Source: Azolla caroliniana (Eukaryota > Plantae > Polypodiophyta). From it: a DNA stretch of 64,000 bases. The notes beneath the pieces were generated by a model. That model was not told where the DNA came from. It did no database searches and saw nothing but the letters and a program-made list of their open reading frames with translations. The stretch is from assembly GCA_043228905.1 (NCBI GenBank), contig JBHGNT010000139.1, positions 1-64,000 on the forward strand, read 5' to 3'. Positions 1 through 12,417 of the stretch are shown in pieces (within the stretch, counting starts at the first letter, position 1; each line of letters starts with the position of its first letter). Made by a program: the position numbers and the translations under genes.

Positions 1-38
1 AACGCAGGATCTCTAAATTAGTAGTCCTTTTTGCAGCT

Positions 39-69
<31 letters not shown>

Positions 70-240
70 TGGAGTGCCTCGAATTAGTCATAGTACCGAA
101 AAAAGTACCCCCAAATTTGACATTACATGCCCCTAATTAGTTAATAAACTCTCATTGTATTTTTTTTTCTTTTTTTGCGTGTTAATATTAATATTTATGT
201 CGTGGAATAATTGTCTTTGTTTTAGCTGAAATAATCCAAT

Positions 241-1030
241 TTTAAATATCGATGAATATGTGTCGGTGTGGAACTATGTACATAATTGTTTTTTTTGACC
301 CGTCGTCAATTAATTCTTTCCGGTTTCTTTCTTTCTTTCCCTCCTTTAAAACTTCGACGATTTATGATTAATTTCTATTTATTCATTTAACATTTCTTTT
401 TCATTAATCTGCTTGTTTTTTCGTTCATTCGTTCGTTTAAATATCGATGAATATGTGTCGTGTGGAACTATGTACATACATAATTGTTTTTTTTGACCCG
501 TCATCAATTAATTCTTTCCGGTTTCTTTCTTTATGTCCCTCCTTTAAAAATTCGACGATTTATGATTAATTTCTATTTATTCATTTAACATTTCTTTTTC
601 ATTAATCTGCTTGTTTTTTCGTTCATTCGTTCGTTTAAATATCGATGAATATGTGTCGTGTGGAACTAACTATGTACATAATTGTTTTTTTGTCCCGTCA
701 TCAATTAATTCTTTCCGGTTTCTTTCTTTATTTCCCTCCTTTAAAAATTCGACGATTTATGATTAATTTCTATTTATTCATTTAACATTTCTTTTTCATT
801 AATCTGCTTGTTTTTTCGTTCATTCGTTCGTTTAAATATCGATGAATATGTGTCGTGTGGAACTATGTACATACATAATTGTTTTTTTTGACCCGTCATC
901 AATTAATTCTTTCCGGTTTCTTTCTTTATTTCCCTCCTTTAAAAATTCGACGATTTATGATTAATTTCTATTTATTCATTTAACATTTCTTTTTCATTAA
1001 TCTGCTTGTTTTTTCGTTCATTCGTTCGTT
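241..1030. repeat. AT-rich tandem repeat, 4 copies of ~195-200 bp
   Basis: Unit TTTAAATATCGATGAATATGTGTCG...CGTTCATTCGTTCG starts at 241, 436, 634 and 831. Copies differ by small indels. Confidence 0.95.
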
Positions 1031-1470
1031 TATTTACTAATTTAATTACTTTATATATATTCATCTATTTATTTATCTATTTAATTATTGATATATTCAC
1101 CTATTTATTTATCAATTTAACTATTTAGATATTCATCTCTTTATTTATCAGTTTAATTACTTATATATTCATTTGTTTATTTATCAATCTAGTTATTTAT
1201 ATATGTATTCATTTCTAATTACTTATATATTCAATTCTAGTTCTAATTCTTTATATATTCATTTGATTATTTAGAATTCTATTTATCTATTCATTTGTTT
1301 ATTTATTTTACTTATGTTTTTCTCTGTTTATCAATTTAATTACTCAAATATTCATTGGTTTAATTATCTGACTTATTTATTTATTTATTTTTCATTCATT
1401 TGGTTGTTTATCTATTTTACTCACGTATTTATCTATTTAATTTTAATTATAGTTATGATTACTACTAATT
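1031..1470. repeat. Degenerate AT-rich low-complexity minisatellite
   Basis: Recurrent ATATATTCAT(C/T)TATTTATTTATC-like units, almost no G. Confidence 0.7.
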
Positions 1471-2499
1471 ATACACCCCTTTTGCTTCTCAAAAAGAGAG
1501 AGGAGTAGGGGGCTATATTGTGGTGGTGTCCAGCTGGACACCCATTTTTGTCCGCCCAAGAGAGAACTCCAATGGCCACCCATTTACTAACTACATCTTA
1601 ACACCTTCACTATGTACATATTTCTCTTCTTCAGTCTTGTCATTATGCCCCACATCCAATATATAATATCCACATGTTGAAGATCATGAAATAGTAAATG
1701 TACGTGTCCTTATCTATATGTATGTGAATGACTCTCTCGAATATCAATCCCTTGGATGATTACTATCATTGCCTTTTGTCCTGTTTCATATCATAATGAG
1801 CCGAAAAATCTTCTCAACAAATGTTGATACGTTTGTTAACCTCGATATAGAAGCATGCATTCAAAGTACATTGAAATGCATGAAATCTCAAGCGATGCCC
1901 GACACTTTTACTTCGGCATTTGTTGTCAGCCAGTACGGAAGAGCACGTGAACCAATGGTTTACTGATGCTTTATACATGCACACACAATTAGACACCAAT
2001 GGTTTGGACGCCATCAATCCCGTCATGAATTCATACGTTGTCTATGATTGGCATTAGATACAATTGGCATTGCCCAAAATCAAATTTCGACACCATTGCA
2101 GTAAGACAAGAACCAAACATTACCACACACATCTTAACCATCTTGTATCAAGTCAACTTCACATGTGCTTTTGGCTTCACACGTGGGGGCTATATATGGA
2201 TGTCTATCGTACCATGTCTGAATATCACGTTGGGACCACTATATTCCTTACATCCCTTCGAAGATTTTTTTTTGTGCCCCAAAACATTAAATCCAAACCA
2301 ATAGCTTTTATTACATGTGTTCAATTGTATTAATCATGACACTTGAGTAAGAATCGTATAAGATTGCGGTATGAATCGTTTTGTGTTGGTTGTTCTACTA
2401 AAATGTCAACACTTATTTCAACATTTTGAGTACCCCACCTAACAATGGCTTATAAATGTATGCTTGCAATCTAGTATGCTTTCTCATCTTAGTAGTTTA

Positions 2500-3320
2500 T
2501 GCACTACTACCCAATATAGAGTCCCAACTTTCGAGGATTGTGCTTACATGTAAGGGAGAACATGTACAATTTGTGCAAAGCTTTAAGTATCTCAACATCA
2601 ATGTACTCACTATAAAAAAATGGAGTGTATGCGTTGAGTCTAGACTTAGTTAGAAAAGTTATTATATGTTGGAACATTAGTGCAACTAGAATGATAATCA
2701 TGGATGGGGAAGTGAAATTAATGTTATTTAATGCCATGACAACACAAGTTTTGCTTTATGGAGTAGAAGTGTGGAGACTCGGGAGGCACTATCCCTCTTA
2801 ATGCATGGAATGAGATTGAGAAGATTCAAATTATGTTTTAAGGAGACACTGGGAGTTAAATTCACTACGTCCCTTCGAGATATGCTCTTGGAAACACGTG
2901 TTCAACCTATGTATAAAGATATCGGCTCGAAAGAGAGTATATAAATACATTACAAAAGTCAAGAATATGCCAAATCATAAATTACCGCATTTGGCTTGGA
3001 ATGTTGGATGTAAACTACAAATGAATCACATGAGCAAAATTCTCTCATTTGATTGGTTAGTTGATATCAAAAAATGGTTCAAAGATGGGGTGTAGAAGAT
3101 CTCTCAGAGCTTTCAAGTGATGCTATGAAATGTGGTTTATGATGAAAGGTTAATGGAATCACTAAGGAAGAAGTGGGAAGATGGCAAAAGGAAAACATTA
3201 AAATATTACATTTCAAACATTAATCCTGAATGTTGGGTTCAATATAAGGCAAGAAGGCCTATTGATTGTAGTCAACCTTATCTCATTACTAACATGAGTA
3301 TTAACTTTGGTATAGTCCTA
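2500..3320 (+). mobile_element. Decayed LINE fragment (region C-terminal to RT)
   Basis: Broken frames read VQSFKYL..., LFNAMTTQVLLYGVEVW, EIEKIQ, LAWNVGCKLQ, WLVDIKKWF. This is the same segment type as the LINE ORF2 at 34765-35900 (SYVYLGV, LMYASVVW). Many stops and frameshifts. Confidence 0.7.
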
Positions 3321-3485
3321 ACTCTCTCTCTCTCTCTCTCAAAGAACCCAAGTTTGATCCTGACAATGGGCTCAATCCTATCTAGTAGATCACAACTGGT
3401 TTCCTATGGATGTCACATATCTCTCTCTTTGCATGTAGAACCCATCCTTTTTTCCTATTATTTGTACCATCCTTCCATCCAACTT

Positions 3486-3879
3486 AGCTTACATTCTCTT
3501 TGTATGTGGTGTAGAGTGTTGGGTCATAAGAAAGGAGAATTCTTGACTATGTATATTTTGCCTTCAACAAGTGTTGGAGTTTGAGTATTAGGCTCAATTA
3601 CAATGCCCCACCTTCTATCACAATCAAGTTTGCTTTCCACACACTTCTAGTTCCTACACATGTTCCTTCAAAAGTCTCAACAAGCTTACATTCTCTTTGT
3701 ATGTGGTGTAGAGTGTTGGGCCATAGGAAAGGAGAATTCTTGACTATGCATATTTTGCCTTCAACAAGTGTTGGAGTTTGAGTATTAGGCTCGATTACAA
3801 TGCTCCACCTTCTATCACAGTCAAGTTTGCTTTCCACACACTTCTAGTTCCTACACATGTTCCTTCAGAAGTCTCGACA
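3486..3879. repeat. Direct tandem duplication, 2 x 197 bp
   Basis: AGCTTACATTCTCTTTGTATGTGGTGTAGAG... at 3486 and 3683, near-identical. Confidence 0.92.
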
Positions 3880-4396
3880 AGCTCTCCCAATTGCAACATC
3901 TGGTAGCAAAATTCTCAAGCATCAAGAGTCATTGCGCAATTCCGCACGTGCCACATAGAAAACATTTCCATACAACATGTTTGGCATCCAATCGAGAGAC
4001 AAACAAACTCTTATCGATCGATTTGCTCGTCTTTATCGGATGAAGTCCAGTATTGTCGTTCCATCCATCTCCCGGCATAGGAAATCCCCGTATCCTCGCT
4101 CTTGATGGCCCTCTATATATGAACGAAGCTATCCATCCAATCTCTTTTGTTTCATTCTCTTCTCGTTTCCTCTCTTCTCATCTAGCCCAAGACCAGAGGG
4201 TAGCCTTCGAAATTCTAGAAAGTAAAGGCTAAATTTGGTATTTTCAGAAACTAAGGTAATTAATTAAATAATACATATTATTGATTTAAGTAATTAATTA
4301 AGTAAATAAATATGAAAAGGCTCTGGTTTTTTCTTCACTGATGAAACCGGAGAGTCTGTTCTGTCGAGACAGAGAATCTGCTCTGCGTTTGTCGCG

Positions 4397-7300
4397 ATGG
4401 CGATGAGGAATTTAGCTTCTGCATTCCGAAGGAACGTTGCCCGTAGAGCGTTTCTTCCCCTCAGGTCTGGAATGGGACAGCCTGTTGGGTCTATGCACGT
4501 CCCTGATCAGCCCGTAAGTCGATTCTTCTCTCTCTCGATTTCCTTGTTTGCCGTTTCTTCTCTTTCTTTCGGTTGATTCCTTGAAATTCAGGTAAATAAA
4601 TGAAATTGTTTTCTTCTGTGTCTGCGTCCTCTGATTCGTTGGAAATTAGGTCAAGGATCTCTCGTTGGTTCCACAGTATGTCGAATGACGCCCTCTTTTC
4701 TGTGTCCATGCATTCCTCAAAATCATGTCAATGAACGGGTTTTACCTTTTTCGTGCTCTCTAATTTATTCAAAAGTAGGGGTAAGGAGTACCTAATTTTT
4801 GGAACTTCAGTGAAAGAATGATAGTATTTTTGTTTTGTTCCTGTCTATTGATGAATATGTAATTTTTTCCCTTGTCTATATATGTCGAGTTCTTGAAATT
4901 TAAGTCAAAGGAAAATCTGAGATTTTCTCTATTTCTGGCTATTGATTTCATTAAAATTAGGTCAAATATGCCCTATGTTTTCTTGGATCATGTGACATAC
5001 ATGTCATGTAAAATGCTACATATGTCTGTTGTAGGAATTGTTTCTTAATTGTTTGATGCAGTGGAAATTTAAATCTTGATTCATGGATTGAATATGTAGC
5101 TTCCTGAAGAAGATGAGCTGGTTTGGGATGATGGAAGTGCATATCCCGAAACTTGTTTGGATCAAGTTGCTCCCATGGTTGGAAAGGTATTCTCCTTTCT
5201 TATCATTTGATTGCTTAAGATGATGTCATTTGAACATCTAGGTAGAGCAACTCATTACATTATATGGAACTTTATCTTCATCTTTGGTTGCCATGTTAAC
5301 TATATAGAGTTTAAACGGATGCTATACCTAGATATTGTGTTTCTCTTTCGTTATGGAATTTTACATGCTAGACTTGAATCTCTTGAGCAGGATACTTTGT
5401 GTGTTGCTAATACATGGTTTTGAAGCATGTCAAAGTGAAAACGTAATATTTTAAAAGTGGGAATCCCAAGTTTTATTTTTATTTTGTACACCCTTGAGGT
5501 GCACAAGCTACAGCATCTGTGTATTAATATGACTTATGTATCATTTGTTCCTACAGTGTTATTAGAAGTCTTTTCAGTCCATGCCAAGGCCTTCCATTAT
5601 GGGAGACATAGCAATATAATATCCATCCTTGTTTATCAAATTTAACAGAAAGATACACCCATAATGTGTAATGTTGCACAATGCATGCCTGAAACCATTG
5701 TGTTTCTAGAATTCTATGAAAAAATAATTAGGACATCCACTAGGCCAAAATTAGAGTTTCTACCACTCAGACTTTTTGGAAATGCATCAATAATTTCGAC
5801 AGCAATCTATATTCTTTTGTTTTTGGTTTTAAGGTTGAGGCTAAGTATGCATTACAATACCTTCAAAAAATTGAAGAATACTTGCCATGTGAGGTAAGAT
5901 TGTACTTAGTTGTAAGAGAATGATAGAGAAAAAGTCAGAATTCAATATTCTGAATGTATTTCTTGTCATCTCTACTTCCATATGTTCCAGTACATCATGG
6001 ATTTCTTGCAATTTCTTGCTCATTCAGTCCGGTGATTAGCAAATCATCAACATAAAGCACAAAAATTAGTAAATTTTCTCCACCCTTTTGGACATAGAGA
6101 GTACTTTCTGTTGGGCTGTTCACAAAACCAAGTTGAAGAAGATGAGCATGGATCTTTGCATTCCACGCTCAGGTACTCGAATCAAGCCATACAAAGCTTT
6201 AAATATCTTGCAAACTTTAGTTTCTGCACCTTTAATGACAAAACCGGGAGGTTGAGCTAGATAAACCTCTTCTTCTAAATCTCCATTTAAGAAGGCAGTT
6301 TCAATGTCCAATTGGTGAACCTTCCATCCTTTATTTGCAGCTGTAGCAACTGTAGCTCTGATTGTAGTCATCCTTGAAGTGGGGGTGAAGGTTTCTTTAT
6401 AGTCTATCCCCTCTTTTTAGGAACAACCTTTTGCTACAAGTCTTGCTTTAAAACGATGAAGGCTACCATTCACATTGTGCTTGACTTTGTAAATCCACTT
6501 GGTAGCATTAGCTTTTCTACCTTTAGCTAGATCACATAACTCCCCAGTGTTGTTCTTATATATGGACACAAGTTCTGATTTAATGGTGTCAACCCAATGG
6601 TCATGTTCTAATGCATCCTCTAGAGAGAGTGATTCCTCATCACAAATTTCAGTGATAAGAGCATTATGCACATAATGCAGTTCAGCTCGCTGATTGGTTG
6701 ACCGGGTTTTACCTTGAAGAGGAAATGTGAGCTTACTGTCCATAAGGGTGTTAATCAGCCATTTAGGGACTGTTCTGGCTTGCTTAGAAGAGGCTTATTC
6801 TTCCTCTAATTCCGTGTCAACATCATGTTGATTAATGGCTTGTAAATCAGCATTATTATCAACAATGTTTGGTTGCTCATTTATAACCACATTGGACCGT
6901 TGCTGGAGATCAATTTGAGCATTGTTTGGCTGCTTTACATCTCTGTTTGGAGCATGCTGTTGCTGTTGTAAAACCTGCGCATTACCTCCATGAGATTGGA
7001 CTAGTTTATCACCTTCAAACACAATTTTGGAGCAATGGTAACAAAGTATCAAATGCATTTGGTTGATCAAGATTTGGCTCTTTGGAGCAATCCTGAAGTG
7101 GTTGAGCTTCATTTTCAGCAAATATCACATCCTGGCTGATGATGATCTTATTGGTAGTGGGCTGAAACAACCGATAACCCTTGCTTTCCTTGCTGTAGCC
7201 AACAAAAAGGCATTTTGTTGCCTTGTCTTTGTTATCTGTGGGACAAAAGGCACGAGGTGTGAAACGAATCTTAACAAGGAGACGAGTAGGTCAGTATGAA

Positions 7301-10105
7301 AAGGAGAATCGACCCGAGCACTGGCAACCGATGAAGGAGAAACGGAATACAAACAGCCGGGAATAAAGGCCAAGAATCAAGAGGGAGTAGTTGAAGTGCG
7401 CCAGGGAGAGAATAGGATATATATAAATTGATTGAGCAATAGAAGAAGGACAAGGGGAGAATATAGATATATGTATGCTATATAGGGAGAAAGTAACCGA
7501 TATATAGTTGGCCTGTATTGTCTTTGTAACCGATATATGCAATAATCAATACAAATACTTTTGGGGTCACCTCTGTGTCTGTTTCATCTTAATCTTTACT
7601 TTTGATTCTATTATTTAGAAGTTGTAAGTGCAAATCAATCTTAATCGTCTATCGTGTAACTGTTCGGCCCTACTGAGTCCTATATTAAGTCCCCTACGCA
7701 ACCACGATTCCTTGACCCGATTACTCAAGGGAGTAATAAAATGTTTATTCCCAAGAAGGAGATAACAATCTTGTAAGGCGCTGCTGTGGTGGCACAAAGG
7801 CATTAGCCAAGCTTCCAAATATTCTCATGTGGCCAATATTTGTCTTGTGACCATTCCTAGTGTCATATGGAGTGATAGTTAAGTGATTAAGTGGGGCATC
7901 TAATTAAAACATGGTTTGCACACATTACAGCTTCCAACCAAAACTTGTGAGGTAGGTTCTTACCTTTGAGCATCCATTTTGCCATCTCCATGGGAGATCT
8001 ATTATTTCTCTCAGCCAAACCATTTTGTTGTGGTGTGTATGGAGTGGTGCATTGATGGATAATACCGCTGTCCTTCAAGAGTGTTGACCTCTTGAGCCAT
8101 GTACTCATCCCCTCTACCGATGCGAAGAGTAAGCTTTTATGACCGCTGAGATTTTCAGCAAGGTGTAAGAATTCTCTGAAGTATGAAAAAACATTGAATT
8201 TCTCCTTCAAAGGATATACCCAAGTGTGTTGGGTAACATCATCAATGAATGTAAAAAAATAAAGATAACCTCCAATTGATGGTGTCCGCATTGGGCTGCA
8301 TACATAACTATGTACAAGTTGAAGCCTGTGTGTTGCCAAAACATTTGCAGATTTTGGTAATGAAAATCTTTACATCTTTCCTGGAATACAGCCCTTACAA
8401 ACATGATTAGATGCAGAAGGAAGATTGCATACCATATCATGATTACTAAGCCTTGCAAGGCTGCTGAAATTTAAATGGCCGAACCGAGCATGCCATAGTT
8501 TGGAATTGGTTTGTGTTTGGGCATCCACCGTGAATGCATTTTGGTCATCAAATTTCGGATATATGTCAAGCTTGTAAAGGTTGTTGAACAAACTACCTGT
8601 TATGACAGTGATATTGCCCTTTGTACAATCATGTACTGTGCAAATGGACATGATATCCATGCAGCGCAATGATAGAAACTAAAAGGTTTTTCTTAATGCT
8701 AGGGACATAGAAAACATTGTTCAAGGTAACTACATCCCCATTGACAGCTGTAATATGAACTTGACCAATGTCTTTGATGATGTAAGAAGTGTTATTGGCA
8801 CAAGAAACTATGACTACTTTATCACAAGCATCTTCAAGTGTGACAAATTTTTTTGCAAGAGGTTATGTGCTTAGAAGCACCACTATCAAAATACCAATCA
8901 TCCTTAGACTCACCGATAAACATGTGTCATCCTTTGGGGGATCATACATCATGTATATGGAGAACACTTGCTCATGTTGAGCAATGTGTGCTTCGTCCTT
9001 CTTACCAGTAGAGGTGGTAACACTAAGAGCAACTTGTTTTTTCTTCTCTTAACTAGCTTTCCTCTTTTGACATTCACTAATGTCGTGGCCTGGTTTACAG
9101 CAGTAATTGCACCTTATTTTGTTTTTGTCCTTATTGGCCTTTGAACTTGGAAGAGGTAACAAAAGCTTGATCACCAGTATGACGAACATCTTGATTTGGT
9201 CGAGATTGAGATTCCTGTAAGAGAAGGGAGATTAGCTCATCAAAGCTGAACCTCCCTTTACCTCTTGTAAGAAGCCTTATTGTAGTGGCAAAGCCTTGAT
9301 ATGAATATGGAAGAGCTGCAAGAACTTTAGAAACTAATTGCTTGTCTGAAATCACTTCATCAATGTTGAGTAATTGTTCCTTGAGGTCTGTAATCTTTGT
9401 CCAAAAGTATCCATCGAATCACCTTACATCTTTGACTCTTCAAGTTGCTGCTTGAGCATAGCAAATCTTACTTCATTCCTTTGAGCCTATAAGGGTCTTT
9501 AACACATTCCAAGCACTTATTGGAGGTGGTACAAGATCTTTTGGAGGTTTGAAGTATTTCAATGCACTGTACAAAAAGTTCCTAAAATCTTATAAATTAT
9601 TAATCCTTGTCATCAAAACACCAACATTCTCACCTTATGTCAACTGGTTCTCAAGGTTTCGAACTTGGATTTGATTCCACATCTCATATTTTAATATCAG
9701 AGTTCACCACTGACAAATATTCAAGAATTAAACACTGTTAGTCTTTATGACAGCTCAGTCTAGAAAGTGGAATTTTTATTACTCTTCTTGATTGTTTTTG
9801 GTATTAATCTGAATACTCATTATCCTCCCATATTGAAATATCTTAGCACTTTTCACATGCAGTATGAAGCATTAGCATGGCTATGTGGTGGATTGAGTAT
9901 TTATGGACTCGTCGGACTTTTGGCAGTCTGGAATGACAAGCCTTCAAAGATGCCTTACGTATGTATACTATTCTATGATCATGCGTTTATCATCAATATT
10001 CAAGGTAAGCGTATTAATTCAGTGGTTCTTGTTTGATTGGTTTTGCAGGCTCCAAAGGAGTTTCCCTACGATAACCTTCGAGTTGAGCTTGGTGGAGAAC
10101 CCTGA
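4397..10105 (+). CDS. NDUFB8: NADH dehydrogenase (ubiquinone) 1 beta subcomplex subunit 8 (ASHI), mitochondrial, 118 aa
   Basis: Exons 4397-4513, 5100-5186, 9863-9958, 10049-10105, all GT-AG and phase 0. Protein MAMRNLASAFRRNVARRAFLPLRSGMGQPVGSMHVPDQP-LPEEDELVWDDGSAYPETCLDQVAPMVGK-YEALAWLCGGLSIYGLVGLLAVWNDKPSKMPY-APKEFPYDNLRVELGGEP*, matching the plant ASHI signature (ELxWDxG..., YEALAWL, PYDNLRVELGGEP). Confidence 0.95.
6000..9600 (-). mobile_element. Decayed Ty1/copia internal region in NDUFB8 intron 2 (antisense)
   Basis: Minus-strand gag knuckle CNYCCKPGHDISEC (~9070-9115), protease WYFDSGASKH (~8860-8900), LWHARFGHLN, integrase TPYTPQQNGLAER, DKATKCLFVGY, RT QLDIETAFLNGDLEEEVY and LYVDDLL. 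Many stops and frameshifts. No own LTRs or RNase H recognised; ends approximate. Confidence 0.9.
7230..7767. mobile_element. Solo LTR (538 bp) nested in the intronic copia
   Basis: Inverted termini TGTTATCT...AGATAACA. Flanks GTCTT (7225-7229) and ATCTT (7768-7772) form a 5-bp TSD with 1 mismatch. Removal rejoins copia ...VPPQQRLTR / DKATKCLFVGY. Confidence 0.88.
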
Positions 10106-10919
10106 ATCATTATAAGAAATTGTGCTGTAGTGTTCAAGGAGCTTCAGGATGCTATCAATAAAAGCATTTGGTGTTTGATAATGTCATTGTTGACAGTAAA
10201 TTTTTGTAATTTCAGAACTTTAATGCCGTAGTTGATAATAATTCTTTTTAGTAATTTCAGAACTTTTTTTGGGCCCAATGTGGCTTTTGCTACTTTGTTG
10301 CATGAATCCTGGGCTTAATGTATACTCACTTTAAGTGTATTAGTACAGTTTGAATGCAGTATGCACATATACATGATGAGATGTTCATGAACGAAACAGT
10401 TCGAAGTAGAATAAATTGAAAGCAATATGGCAATTACTAAAAGCTTTTTTACTGTATTTGTCATGACCCATTACTTTTACAAAGTTGAACATGTTTGTAG
10501 CTTAATAACCCCCTAGTTCAACTTTGATGGATTCAATTTTTGTGATGGAATTAAAGTGATATTTCTATTTTATCCATTGCCAGACCGTCAGATTTATTCT
10601 GTTATCTCTATTTTTGGGGTCTCTTTTGTAGCTCATGAGTACAAATAAGATAAGAATGTTATAGGTTGTAAGAAAGGTAATATAGAAAAATGTAAGAAAA
10701 CAATGTATTAGAGATGCATATAAGCAATTGTATTCAGTGTGGGACAAATGAAATAATTGGTCATGTCAAGAAGAGATAAAGTGTTGTATTGATATGACAA
10801 ATCTTGTAGAAAATAATGATTATCATGGTCACTGTCAAATTAATGGATGGGAGAGGCCTTTGCATTGAATGAAGTGCACACCTAAGATATTCCACTCACC
10901 CTTTCATTGTGCTCAAGCG

Positions 10920-11360
10920 CACCAAGCACCCTCAAGTGAAGGACATGAGACAAACCAAAACTCCCATTGGTGTTCCATACCATTAATTATTGCCTTATGT
11001 TATGCTTAGGTAATACTTAGGTAGTTGAATAACAAGTTTGAAGAAGAGAGCTTAGCCTCACCAATAAAGTCTTGTCAATGTCCTAATTATGTCGTGATGA
11101 AGAGGGTAGCTAGTCCTCTTCATATAGTTGGGAAACCAACTATCCTAGGAACTAGAACAAGCCCACAGGGACCTATAACACTAGCTACCCCCTTCATTAA
11201 GGCATCGTGAAACGTTGTCAAGACTATTGGTGAGGTCAAGCTCTCTTCTTTGGATTTATTAGTCAACAACAACGGTGGGGCATAAGGTAATAATTAATGG
11301 TATGGGACACTAATATTACTTTATGTTTGTCTCATGTCCTTCACTCGAGGATGCTCGGTG
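10920..11360. repeat. Long imperfect inverted repeat (foldback/MITE-like)
   Basis: Left arm CACCAAGCACCCTCAAGTGAAGGACATGAGACAAAC...GAGGGTAGCTAGT (10920-11115) is the reverse complement of the right arm ACTAGCTACCCCC...GTTTGTCTCATGTCCTTCACTCGAGGATGCTCGGTG (11180-11360). Loop about 65 nt. Confidence 0.88.
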
Positions 11361-12417
11361 TAGTTAGGCACCCTTATTCCTTTCTTCTTAATCTCTTATT
11401 CTTTTGCTCATCATTAGTTCGATACAATCACAAGGGGCTCAATGTTTAGCAAGACAAAGATGTTGTGTTTAATGCTAACTTAATGTCATGTTTCCACAAC
11501 ACTATGCCTTGGTTCTTTAGTAGTGATTTAGAGTAGGGTTTGGATATTTTCAAGTAAAAAGCTAATGAAAGCCTAGACAAATCCCACCCTCCCTCTTTTT
11601 AAATACCTTCTCAATATGTGGATGGCACAAGTTGTTACATTCATGACCATGAACTATAGGATCAACCTCATCATTTGGCCATTGTTTATGCTTCAAAACC
11701 TGTTTTGAAGAATGTTGCTAATACATGGGATAAACAATTGTGTGTGTGTTTTATAAGTATGAAATAGACTCATGCAATAGAGTAGATGTGGAAGTGGGTG
11801 GTGAGTGAATGAGGTTAGCTTTGCCAATATGTGAACAAGGCAGGTTGCATGTATGGTAACACTCAAGTAGTTATGCTATCAACACAAGGTCATTCGTGGC
11901 TTCAAATCCTTAGTTTCATAGCATCCTTATTACATTGTACAACACTTCTCCTAAACTACGCAACACAACAATGTATCAGATTAAGGCTTCACGATCTCAA
12001 ATAGTGGACATAACCATCTTGACTACAACTATACATAATGACTTTATGATCTCGACAATGGCTTTGCAAAATGACCTCACGATCTCAGAACTTTATTGAC
12101 GTAAACATCTCGACTATAGCTCTACATTACTTCTGCTAAAACTACACGCCACATCAATGCATCGAAGTACTGACGACAAGGTACACGATCCAAAAACCGG
12201 TTAGTTTTGATGGTAAGGGTATGATGTATCTATCTTGCTTTTCTTGAATTTCTGGTCTCAAAGAAGGTAGTGTAAAGAAATAGCCTTATTTTGGAGCTCA
12301 GAACATACCCTTTATAGAAAATAGCACACACAGATGACTAGAACACATCAATATATATACATATGAATATCTATATAAATATGTTGTTCTGACACGATTC
12401 TTCCCCTGTGTCAGAGA

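Noticed and set aside
1314-1508. 64-aa hydrophobic ORF
   Set aside because: Translation of AT-rich low-complexity repeat.
5187-5200. Possible U12-type donor (GTATTCTCC) in NDUFB8 intron 2
   Set aside because: It does not match GTATCCTT and no clear U12 branch point was seen.
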